A DNA stretch of 62,753 bases, the filler included, from Nemertoderma westbladi (taxonomy: Eukaryota > Animalia > Xenacoelomorpha), in the NCBI GenBank assembly GCA_032718475.1. It is 4 parts of 4 records of this genome, joined end to end, with 100 filler letters (N's around TTAATTAATTAA, not from the genome) between each part and the next. Parts side by side here need not be neighbours in the genome. Positions count along the whole stretch, not along the records: positions 1 to 20,512 come from JAUCBJ010001554.1; 3 more parts are not named here. One strand, 5' to 3'. The position numbers and the translations under genes are program-made. A model generated the notes under the pieces. It did not search any database and was not told where the DNA came from. It saw nothing but the letters and a program-made list of their open reading frames with translations. Positions 1 to 10,755 of the stretch are shown in pieces (the first letter of the stretch is position 1; each line of letters begins with the position of its first letter).

Positions 1-264
1 CGGGAATACTAACTGAACTATAATGCATCAATTATTGTGATACCTATATTAGGAAACTATGATACGAGCACATAACCAGCTGTTTTTATCGTTATAATTC
101 GAATTATTCTCTATCTAATTACATATTTTTTATGTATATAAATATAATATCCATTTATGGTTTATATTATATATTGGGTCAATATATTATAATTTATGGT
201 TTTATACGAGTTTAGAATTTCATAATAAGTTTTAATTCATAGTTCAATAATTAAAAGTAATAAT

Positions 265-637
265 TCATAAGTTTAGAATTTCTATGTGGACAATGTATCC
301 TTTCTTCAATAAATCGGATTTATCAAGTAACAAAGCGACTATGTGGAAGCTGTGGTGTTGCCAATATCTGGGGTATTGTGGCATTCTTCCCAAAATACAC
401 CCTTGCAACAACCAAATACCCATTAGAGTCACAAAGAATAAATAGTTTGATCCTAAAGCGGGAACGTTTCGTGCGAATAAATACATTGAATCCGAGCCGA
501 CCTTTGAAAAGTAGTAATGCTTCATCAAGGGATAAATTCCGACCTGGTGTATACTGTTTACAGATATCACTTACTAATTCTGTAATACCGTGGATTCTTG
601 TTTCCCTGTCCTCAGGATCTACATTGTTTGGGTTCAA
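265..637 (-). pseudogene. piggyBac transposase (DDE_Tnp_1_7/PGBD-like) fragment, frameshifted
   Basis: YTPGRNLSLDEALLLFKGRLGFNVFIRTKRSRFRIKLFILCDSNGY..ARVYFGK matches the piggyBac first catalytic D block; continues in another frame as LLDKSDLLKKGYIVHI. Confidence 0.85.
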
Positions 638-1659
638 TAAAACACTAAAAACGTACTAACGTAACTCTAACTTGCTTCACCGTGTTGCTATGGTACCGCG
701 TCCATTAAATCCGCAGTAGTCGATATAGTAGGGGTAGGTAGCGGTCCCATAGTCTAATAATGTTTAGAGAAGCCGTTGCTATGTCGAAACACCCAGTTGC
801 TGTGGTAATTTTGAATCATAACCTCTACCCTGCAAACCATAGCAACATTAAAATAATGTTTATTAACATCTTTATTCAAATAATAAAATATTAAAATTCA
901 AATGTTAAACTAATGCCAGTTTTAATATTTTTTTGGCAAAGCGCTCGGACCCTGTGCAATAAAAGTGCACTTTCGGCAGTATTCGGTAACCAATATTAAT
1001 CAGTGTTATTTTAACATTGGAATTCTAATAGTTAGTGGGTTTCCCACCCTTACAATTCTAATGTTATTCTAACATTAAGCTAATATTGGAATTATTTCAT
1101 AGCATTCTCATAGCATTCCTGATTTAGTTTCTCACTATTTTCTCATTATTATTCTAACATTAGTACATCAATACTAAAACATTATGATTTTAATGTTATT
1201 AAATGCATGGTATCTTGTAATAGGCCTACATAGAGTTTCCATATAAACAATGTTATTTCTATAAATGCAATAACTTAATACATCTGAACAAAATTGGTGC
1301 GGTTTGTTTTATAATATTACAGAATAACAATGGGTAAAAACGCTATTTATTAATATTATAATCATAATATGAATAATAATATTAGCATTATGTGTAAAAA
1401 AAACGCAATGCTTTTATCTTATTATCTTATAGCAAATATATCTAACAACAGTAATTTACAATAATGTCTGGTTAATCCCCAATGTAGTGCTAATCTCGTA
1501 GGTATAAAAACACAGAACGTTCCGATACCTAATAGGACAATCTATTACAATTTTATTATTAATTTAAAAGATATTACAAGAAACAAACAATTAAAATTTG
1601 ATATAAATAAAGGTTGACCTATTTTAAGCACATGTAGGCCTATATAGTACAAGTTCTTA

Positions 1660-2128
1660 TTAAGTCCAATCAAAAGTCTCAATTCCAGTCTCGATTTCGT
1701 TTTCTATCTTTTCCATTGCGATACACTCCTCGGCTCCTCCAACTTTTCTAGCACTGTAAAGTAATTAAGATTACATTAATTAAGATTACATTGATTACAT
1801 TATTAGATTACCATAATATTAAGTTGACAGCGACATGGTATTCCGTCATATAAGTTAAGAAAATTATGTTATAAATCCTCAAACCTAAACCAACCCGCCC
1901 ACATGCATAATATTTAACACACAAATCCTCACCACTATTATTTATCTAATACAAAACTAATCTTTCATTATATATACACATATATCATAATCTATACATT
2001 ATAATATAATTATACTAACATGTTCTTTCAGTAGATCCACCAGCGCGCCACGCAACTTGAACAAAATAGTTTGTAATCACTTTCTCCACCTTCGCGTCAA
2101 CACCATAGGACTAGTGTTCAGTGAGAAA
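1660..2128 (-). pseudogene. two possible terminal exons of a DUF4806-like protein
   Basis: Exon-like segments with canonical splice signals (ttctctag acceptor and gttagt donor; tttacag acceptor) reading VEKVITNYFVQVAWRAGG and ..IETFDWT*; resemblance only, frame not clean. Confidence 0.3.
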
Positions 2129-2192
2129 GCTAGAGAAATTTAATTGAAATTTAATTTAAATTTGTATCTCATAACTGAGCCTCGTGCTGCGC

Positions 2193-2508
2193 GAAGGCCC
2201 CACGGGCGTGTTATTTTAGGTTATTATGTTACGAGCTTCAAACTATAGCAGTTCTTCCTAGGGTACAGAATAAAGTTATTTACTTTACTTTCTTTACATA
2301 AAATGAAACACAATAATATTATGTTCAAATTATCCTACTGCGTGAATGTGGGGCGAGCCACGAAAGTAAGCGTTCTCTAGATCTGTGGGTCCGTGTTTTT
2401 AAATGTGAATAACTCGGCTAATTCTCGATGAAATCTAATCCAACTTAGTACACATGTTGTTTGGCAAAAGTTTATCAATTTTCCAAATAGAATTTGCGTG
2501 GGGCCTTC
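2193..2508. mobile_element. non-autonomous element with 12-bp inverted repeats (Helentron/HINE-like?)
   Basis: GAAGGCCCCACG (2193-2204) and CGTGGGGCCTTC (2497-2508) are exact inverted repeats; internal GTGGGGCGAGCCACGAAAGTAAGCG recurs at 13335 and in variant form at 22728. Confidence 0.35.
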
Positions 2509-2904
2509 AGGATGAGCTAATGAAGGAGAATAGTATTATGTTGACTATACTTGCAACTTTAGTACAGAATATCGGACGATATGGCAATTTGATAGCACCG
2601 GTGGTGGAATGTCTTATGCTAGTTATTTGGTGATCAGATGTACAGGACGAGTGCAACGAGGGTTGTAATGAAGACGAGTGTTGTAACAATAACTCGTAAA
2701 CAACCTGGTTTAGCATATTAGACGGTTTGACATTTTATCCAATATTGCCAAAGGAATGTTTTAACGCATATATTTGGTGACCAGGTTGTATAGGACGAAC
2801 GCAACAAGTTTTGTAGTGGATACAAGTATCCATTTTCTATAAATCGTGTTAAGGCAGGTTAAATATTCTAGTCCCTTCAAAGCATTCGTGCCGAAAAGGA
2901 AAAC

Positions 2905-2978
2905 TGCCGTGGCCCATGCTGGGATTAAACCCACGACCTCCGTGAGATGTGAATTCAATGCAACCACTACGTGGGACC
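2905..2978 (-). mobile_element. tRNA-derived SINE head / tRNA pseudogene
   Basis: GGTCCCA..GTAGTGGTT (A-box like)..TTCACAT..GGTTTAATCCC (B-box like)..TGGGCCA; D arm and anticodon stem defective. Confidence 0.5.
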
Positions 2979-3076
2979 TTACGTATCAAACTTGACGCAA
3001 CAAACATGGTTTGCACCAGGTTTATATATTATAAATTTATATATTAAATATACAACTTCAATAAGTAGCGGCTGAG

Positions 3077-3577
3077 ATGGGGTCGTTCATAAACATACCA
3101 AGAAGTCAACCTCCAGTCTATATCAACACTCCATCGAACATGAGTTCTAATAATGAACCATATGTACGTCCAAACAATACCGAGCTACCAAGCAGTCAAC
3201 CTCCGGTCTATATCAACACTCCATCGAACATGAGTTCTAATAATGAACCATATTTGGGTCATAGCAACAGCGGCAGCCAAAGTCCTTTTATCAGAGGTTA
3301 GACATTTTTATTCCTAAATGCTAATACATTTTCACCTCACTTAACTGTTTTTTTAAACTTTATTACCACATTATTACAATTAATATTATTATTTTTAAGG
3401 TGATGACTGCGGGCCTCTTGAAATTCATTCTCCCACGCCCGTGGTGGAGGGTGAGGGGGAAACACTACTAACCGCGCTGGTATGGAAATTATGTTTCCTG
3501 AGCTTCCTGTAAGGACGGAAGAAGAACTCAAAAACTTAGAAAAACGATTAGATGATGAGCAGACGCGCCGTGCTTTG
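3077..3577 (+). pseudogene. gene fragment with 90-bp tandem duplication and DUF4806-like exon
   Basis: Duplicated SQPPVYINTPSNMSSNNEPY (3097 and 3187); LPVRTEEELKNLEKRLDDEQTRRAL ends at a gtaagt donor at 3578; frames do not join cleanly. Confidence 0.35.
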
Positions 3578-3985
3578 GTAAGTTATATTTATATAAAAGT
3601 AATTAATATTTTTATTCTTAAATTGTTACTTTATACACCAAAATCAGGAGAAATAGTTTCAGGAAAAAATGTAACTTATAGAATTGCATTGATTTTACTT
3701 TTTCCCCGGTGGGTAGAATTTCTTAAATTTTATAACATCTGTTAAAAGAGCATCAACTAGAAAATATTTGCACGTAATTTGAGCAAAATCCATCATGCAC
3801 ACATTCAAAGTTATTTCGTACTCCAGTGTCTGCAAGGCGAACTCCAAAACGGAACTCAATATCCAATATTGGTTTATGTTGTTAGTTAAGCGGCTCTCTA
3901 GTTACGTAATAAATATTCTAGAACACTATTATTTAACATTGAGTAAGGCACCATCTTATATTGGAGCCAGATTTATATACTGTAG

Positions 3986-5338
3986 CTATGTGCTATATAT
4001 GTACTATATATGTACTATATATGTACTATATATGTACTATATGTGTATATATGTACTAAATGTACTATATATGTACTATATATGTACTATATGTGTACTA
4101 TATATGTACTATATATGTACTATATGTACTATATATGTACTATATATGTACTATATATGTACTATATGTGTATATATGTACTATATGTACTATATATGTA
4201 CTATATATGTACTATATGTGTACTATATATGTACTATATATGTACTATATGTACTATATATGTACTATATATGTACTATATGTGTACTATATATGTACTA
4301 TATATGTACTATATGTGTATATATGTACTATATATGTACTATATATGTACTATATGTGTATATATGTACTATATGTACTATATATGTACTATATATGTAC
4401 TATATGTGTACTATATATGTACTATATATGTACTATATATGTACTATATGTGTATATATGTACTATATGTGTATATATGTACTATATGTACTATATGTGC
4501 TATATATGTACTATATGTGCTATATATGTACTATATATGTACTATATATGTACTATATGTGTATATATGTACTATATGTACTATATATGTACTATATATG
4601 TACTATATGTATACTATATATGTACTATATATGTACTATATATGTACTATATGTGTATATATGTACTATATGTACTATATATGTACTATATATGTACTAT
4701 ATATGTAATGTACTATATGTGTATATATGTACTATATATGTACTATATGTGTATATATGTACTATATGTACTACATATGTACTATATATGTACTATATAT
4801 GTACTATATATGTACTATATGTGTATATATGTACTATATATGTACTATATGTACTATACATGTACTATATATGTACTATATATGTACTATATATGTACTA
4901 TATGTGTATATATGTACTATATGTACTATATATGTACTATATATGTACTATATGTGTATATATGTACTATATATGTACTATATATGTACTATATGTGTAT
5001 ATATGTACTATATGTACTATATATGTACTATATATGTACTATATATGTACTATATATGTACTATATATGTACTATATGTGTATATATGTACTATATATGT
5101 ACTATATATGTACTATATGTGTATATATGTACTATATGTACTATATATGTACTATATATGTACTATATGTACTATATATGTACTATATATGTACTATATA
5201 TGTACTATATATGTACTATATGTGTATATATGTACTATATATGTACTATATATGTACTATATGTGTATATATGTACTATATGTACTATATATGTACTATA
5301 TATGTACTATATATGTACATATATAGTACATATATATA
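3986..5338. repeat. AT-rich minisatellite, main unit GTACTATATAT (11 bp) with 9-, 10- and 13-bp variants
   Basis: Directly visible; near absence of stop triplets on + explains the long YMYYICTI ORFs. Confidence 0.98.
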
Positions 5339-5360
5339 GAGGATATAGAGGATAGAGGAC

Positions 5361-6017
5361 ATGTCGGGATCGGCTTGTTGCAGCTGTAATGCGACAACGG
5401 GGCGATGCGCCAAGTGTGTTTGTGCACGGCAGGGGAGGTTATGTACAAACTGTGCCCCTGGGGGGAAAAATAATTGTTGAAATAGGGGACAAGCTGGTAC
5501 ACAAATACCGGTTGCACCAGTATTGTCTGACACCAGAGCGCTTCATCAGTCGCAGCCGCTACCAGTGCGTGACAATCCCGACGTTTTGGCCCCCGTCTTC
5601 TATTCCCAGGATGGGGGGCGATTATCGGCATTAGCCAGCGACACTACCAGTGATGACGACACAACACTGGTAGACTTGGACGTGACTCTGGTCCCCTCAA
5701 CCCCACGGGATTGTCTCCCCCTCTCGTTACAAACTATAGGATCGTCATCGTCGGGTTCCGTTGGCTCCACAACAACATCGTCGGGTACCGCTGGCCCCAC
5801 AACAACATCGTCGGGTTCCGCTGGCCCAACAACAACATCGTCGGGATCCGCTGGCCCCACAACAACATCGTCGGGTTCCGCTGGCCCAACAACAACATCG
5901 TCGGGATCCGTTGGCCCCACAACCACATCGTCGGGTTCCGCTGGCCCTGCTTCCACCACGTCATCGTCGGGTTCCGTTGGCCCCACAACAACATCGTCGG
6001 GTTCCTTGGGCATCTAG
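5361..6017 (+). pseudogene. CXC-like Cys-rich N-terminus plus Ser/Thr/Gly repeat; one in-frame TGA
   Basis: ATG 5361 reads MSGSACCSCNATTGRCAKCVCARQGRLCTNCAPGGKNNC*NRG, with TGA at 5478-5480, in frame with ORF 5523-6017. Confidence 0.6.
5746..6006 (+). repeat. 30-bp GC-rich tandem repeat (TCGTCGGGTTCCGCTGGCCCCACAACAACA), about 8 copies, encoding SSGSAGPTTT
   Basis: Directly visible. Confidence 0.95.
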
Positions 6018-7129
6018 TAGCCAGTATTATTTGTCTTACAAATATGATTATTATATTTATTACCGGTATATACTGGGAAATGGCTACTTCAATCGCTATA
6101 TAACTACAGTTTATAAAAGTAGAGTCCAGATATGATAGTCTAAATTTTTTTTAGTTTTAGATTAAAAAGAAAGGGCAATTCCGCATTTCAGCAAATCAGT
6201 GGCCTCATTTTTTTGCTACAAAACAGGGCTCTGTGGGAAAAGACTTAGATATTTTTATACTGGGAAAAAACATTTAATAAATTATTGTTTTTTATTTTTT
6301 GTTAAAAAAAATTAAGTAATATACAACTGGCAATGAGTACATTGCATATACTGTACTTGCTGTTACTTATAAAGGTGAAGAACGGCAACTTATAATCAGC
6401 TGTGTTCCCCTTGCATGAAACCTCTATAGGGGCTGTTGCGCTGTCAGTCACAGAGATAACAGTCCATGGGCTAAGGATTTACCCATTGGGCGCTAACTAT
6501 CAGGTAGTCCATACCAACTGTCAGACAAGTCTTTTTCAACTATCAGATAGAAGATTGCCCAGTTACAAGTTGCCCTCAGTTGTATTTTTTAAACCCCCGA
6601 GTGTTGTTGACGGAGTCTGTTACTTCCGAAATCGTTGATCGTGGTGCCACGGTGCCTGAATTCTGGCTTTGATTAAAAACTCTGAACTGCTGAACGATGA
6701 TCGATGATCGTGAACTGAATCGTGATGGAGTCAATTAAACGTAAACAATGAAACGATTGCGATGGACAATGGAGTCTATTCGCAATGTATCCAGAACGAT
6801 ATGATGGCGACGGAGTCTATTACAGTATTAAACATCGGAAATTATAGGGGAAATTTTAGCAAGTTGTGTTTATTTTAGCTGATAGACAAGATTACATGTT
6901 TACCAAGTTTGGTATAATTTAGTCAGAGATTGAAAGAGTTAAGATTTTAATGAGTTACGTTATTTTGTTCCTCTAAGACAGACGATTTCTGCAAATCCTT
7001 GACAAAAACAAATATTGTTTTCTGCATCAGATGTATCAAACATTCAGCAAGATATTGGAAATAAAAGTAAATTGAAATAGTGCAATTATACTTCTAAACC
7101 TTTCTTTATGAACTGAATAAAATTAACTG

Positions 7130-7277
7130 GAGTAGAGCAATTATATTTGACACCTTCATGAACTGAGTAAAAAAGTAACTTGAATTACTGCAATTATACT
7201 TGCTTGAGTAAAGCAATTATATTTGACAACTTTATGAACTGAGCAAAAAAGTAACTTGAATTACTGCAATTATACTT
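7130..7277. repeat. 75-bp tandem duplication
   Basis: GAGTARAGCAATTATATTTGACA at 7130 and 7205, with a degenerate third copy upstream. Confidence 0.85.
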
Positions 7278-7326
7278 AATACCTTTATGAAATTTTACTA
7301 CTAAAACTTACAAAAATTATATATAC

Positions 7327-7548
7327 AAAACAATAAACAGTCACTTTACCAAATTAAGGAAAGGAGCAGGTTACAGAGGCAGGCCTTTCTAACCAAAACA
7401 ATAAACGATCATTTAACTAATTGAGGGAAAGGAGCAGGTTACAGAGGCGGGATTTTCTAACAAAAACAATAAACAGTCACTTTAGCAAATCAGGGAGAGG
7501 AGCAGGTTACAGAGACGGGATTTTCTAACCAAAACAATAAACGATAAC
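7327..7548. repeat. 68-bp tandem repeat (GGAGCAGGTTACAG..TCTAACCAAAACAATAAAC), 3 copies
   Basis: Core motif at 7363, 7431 and 7499; also dispersed in contig 4. Confidence 0.9.
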
Positions 7549-8450
7549 ACCGCTGGTGTTATTAGTGCCCGATATCGCTTCGCCGGTGGCCCCTCAGAAT
7601 GGCCCGGTTGTCTCCCTCTAGTGGCGTCCCATAGGATCATTTTCATTGCCTTTGGTACGTGCTCCACCAAGAAATCCCTAAACTCCCTTCGGTTCTCTGG
7701 CGTCCACCTGTCCAGATACCTTTGCGTGTTCATCACTCCAGCGTACGACGCCGCCGTTGCTACCTCTTGGTAGGTAAACGGTAGCCTGCGCTTTATGATT
7801 TCCATGTGAGTCTCCTGATTGATAAGGAAGAAACCCCACTTGAACTCCTGGGCCTTCATGCGCTGGCGCGTCATGGCCCCGACGTCGGCCCACTCCTTGA
7901 ATCTCGTGAACTTCTCCTCGTCGTTCATCCAGTCGCACTCGCGTCCGTAGTGTCCCCGAAAGTGGCACTTTGGACATCGGTTATGCAACCATGGACACGC
8001 CCCCATCCTGTGGCTTGGTTCTCTACAGTAGAGACAAAAGGTTCCCTTTTGGAACCGGTATAGACAGCTGCTTTCCCGATGAGTCTGTCTCCCACAGTAG
8101 TCGCAGCCGAGTACCAATGTCTCCCGTCCCACCTCGTCTTTCGTCCCAAGCGATCTCCGCGGTCTGTGGAGTCGCTGGTAGGCGAACTTCTCTACGTTGG
8201 TCTCCCTGTTTACGTCGATCTCTCCGCCCCTCTCGGGCATCGTCTCCCCGAATACTATCCGTGGTGCAGTCCCCGGTTGCTCGCCCAACCTGATGGTGCT
8301 CCCCGCGAAATCCATCGCCGGCTCCTCGTGCACCCAGGTCCGCTTGCCGGATCTGTTCCAGAAGGCCCTCGCCCCACTGGCCGTCACCACCCTTCCGCCA
8401 ACCCAGTCCGTGTCCGAGTGGCCTATCCTAACATCACGAATAACACCACG
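7482..8450 (-). CDS. triple CCHC zinc-knuckle protein, 5'-truncated
   Basis: CDYCGRQTHRESSC, CLYCREPSHRMGAC-PWLHNR-CPKCHFRGHYGREC; frame open up to the BEL junction at 8450; the last codons run into the 68-bp repeat. Confidence 0.75.
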   Translation of the reverse strand, partial: RGVIRDVRIGHSDTDWVGGRVVTASGARAFWNRSGKRTWVHEEPAMDFAGSTIRLGEQPGTAPRIVFGETMPERGGEIDVNRETNVEKFAYQRLHRPRRSLGTKDEVGRETLVLGCDYCGRQTHRESSCLYRFQKGTFCLYCREPSHRMGACPWLHNRCPKCHFRGHYGRECDWMNDEEKFTRFKEWADVGAMTRQRMKAQEFKWGFFLINQETHMEIIKRRLPFTYQEVATAASYAGVMNTQRYLDRWTPENRREFRDFLVEHVPKAMKMILWDATRGRQPGHSEGPPAKRYRALITPAVLSFIVLVRKSRLCNLLLSLIC

Positions 8451-9677
8451 AATGCACCATTATCCTTTGATACTAAGTTCCCCATACTCATTAGAAATCT
8501 TGAAATACAAGTCAAGATGATTGTAGACGTTCACAGCAAACTTTATCATGTTGGTAGAGAACGAGTTCTTAGCAAAATTCGAACTCGCTACCGGTATTAT
8601 TTTTACAAACCCCGTAGAGCTCTGAACCAAGTTCTTAGGAACTGTATACCCTGTAGGAAAGCATTCAGTAGGCCTTTAACACAGAGAGAGGCAGAATTAC
8701 CTAGGGAACGAGTAAGCTTTTATGAACCACCCTTTACTAATACCGGTGTGGATTTATTTGGCCCTATTGAAGTATATCGTGCTAGGACTATAGTCAAGAG
8801 ATGGTGTGTAATCTTTGTTTGTATGACTTGTAGAGCCATCCATCTCGATATGGTGAACGATTTATCTACCAACAGCTTTCTATTAAGCTTACGACGACAG
8901 ATCGCTCGCTTTGGCACTAGTAACACGATGAGATCTGATAAGGGAACAAACTTCATTGGCGCCAACAATTAAATCAAAGCTTACGTCAAAGATTGGAACC
9001 AAAGACAGGTGGATGACCAACTACGAATAACAGCGTCTAGTTGGACCTTCAACGCCGCCGACGCCCCTTGGTGGGGAGGAAGTTGGGAGAGATTAATAAG
9101 AAGCGTGAAGACAGCATTTCATTTTATAGTGCCTTGTCGCGCTTATCTCACCGACGAACTTTTGTGGACGTTAATGGAAGAAATCGCTGCCTATCTCAAC
9201 GAGAGACCGCTTATGCCAGTCTCATCGAGTCCCGATTCCCTGGAATCGGAATACTGCCGACAAACTTGGCAACTCATGCAGTTGTTATCCCGTCGTTTCG
9301 CTGACCATTTCGAAAAACATTATCTGCCCACGCTACAACTTCGAACTAAGTGGTTTGCACAACAAGAAAACGTCAGCGCTGGAGACATGGTGCTTATTGT
9401 GGATGTGGATCTTCCCCGTAAGCGGTGGCAGACAGGTCGTATAATCGAGACGCATATCTCGGAGGACGGTTTGGTGCGATCGGTAGAACTCGTCGTCATG
9501 CGACGTAACTTAAAGAAACCGGGAATTGTCTTCGAGACGCAGCAGCTCAATCGCCCGGTGGGTCGTTTATGTTTACTGGAAAGAGACAGAGAACTCTCCG
9601 GAAACTATAGGAGACAAGATACTCTTCCCACGACCACCTCCCTAATCCAACAAACATCTAGGGACTCCACAACTTAA
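8451..9677 (+). mobile_element. BEL/Pao LTR retrotransposon integrase + DUF5641 region, defective
   Basis: H..LYH..C..C zinc finger, PFTNTGVDLFGPI, CMTCRAIHLD, SDKGTNF, APWWGGSWERLIRSVK, LQLRTKW; stop at 8970 and an internal deletion relative to the copy at 35640-37735. Confidence 0.95.
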
Positions 9678-9693
9678 CAACGGCTGGAGTGGG

Positions 9694-9849
9694 TGTGTGA
9701 CCATATTACTTTATATTTATATTAGTTTTATTTTATATTTATGTATGTATTATTATGTAATTTTATTTTAATCGTTTTATTTAATTTTATTTAGTAGTAT
9801 GGTATTTTAGAGATTATTTAGTAGATTAGTGCAATATATATTCGCGTTT
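9694..9849 (+). repeat. start of putative BEL 3' LTR, truncated
   Basis: Purine-rich GGAGTGGG followed by TGTGTGAC; matches about 35490-35625 on the - strand. Confidence 0.7.
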
Positions 9850-10073
9850 AGGTAATCGTTTAGGCATTTGCCGTTGGTCTTAGCCGATGCGTCAACTACC
9901 ATCCGCAGTTTACCTTTCTTCGGATCTAGAGCCACGTGGAGTGGCAGGTAATAGGTCCTGTCCGTGTTTGGTTCGTCGACCGGTAACTCTACGGCCCATC
10001 CTTTCTCGACATACTTCCTAATCGTCTTATGAATGTACTCATTCTTTTCGGGGCTGCAGCGCGAAGGTCCCAC
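9850..10073 (-). mobile_element. inverted BEL/Pao RT N-terminal fragment
   Basis: YYLPLHVALDPKKGKLRMVVDASAKTNGKCLNDYL is the BEL RT motif. Confidence 0.9.
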
Positions 10074-10098
10074 GAACGTGTTTTATTTACCGTGTTAA

Positions 10099-10755
10099 TC
10101 AGTCCAACGCTTCTTCTGGCCATTCCATTCTTTTTTCATCTTTCATTATATACCTTTTTTCGTCTTCTTTCATTACACCTTTTTTGTAAATCGATTTACC
10201 ATTCCTGTATTGACAGTATTTCAAATGATGCACTTTTTCCGCTTCAGCAAAGAAGTGTGATTCAATATTTGGGCATTGAATAATCTTTTGATTTGGATGA
10301 TTTTTTCGACATTTTCTTATATGTCTGACGAATCCTCTCTTGTGTTTCTTAATCATCTTGTGTTTCACAGATGATGGTCCAAAATAACCATTCAATGAAA
10401 TATATACATTATAAATATCATTCCTATGTACTTTAGTCTTCACTTCATTATTCATACATATATCATCATGTCTCAAACGGTCCAGGAAATCACGTGGGTA
10501 GCCAGATACAAAACAATCAGTTAGATATCTGTCTCTCGCCTTATTATATTCAATAGTATCTCCGGTTAAACGCCAAAACCTAGTCAGTTTACCTTTCTCC
10601 ACTGATTGTAAAAGGTGGTTACTATGGAAACTATTATAAGGTATTGGTAGTTTGTGGGATAAGGGTTTGAAAAATACACTAGTATTAATGAGTCCATTAT
10701 TGGGGTTGTGTTTAAGGTTTAGGTCTAGGTACCAAAAGTAAAACCCAAAGTATTG
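10099..10755 (-). mobile_element. Penelope-like element RT C-terminal (thumb) fragment
   Basis: Frame open from 10755: YLDLNL..LINTSVFFKP..IPYNSFH..KG.LTRFWRL..GYP; no GIY-YIG domain before the stop. Confidence 0.75.

Noticed and set aside
3795-5355. Long Tyr/Cys/Met-rich ORFs (up to 514 aa)
   Set aside because: Artefact of an almost stop-free minisatellite open in all three + frames
5600-6135. Alternative-frame ORFs over the 30-bp repeat
   Set aside because: Only the frame continuous with the CXC-like start has independent support
8079-8972. 297-aa ORF as one protein
   Set aside because: Chimera of the antisense strand of the zinc-knuckle gene and BEL integrase starting at 8451
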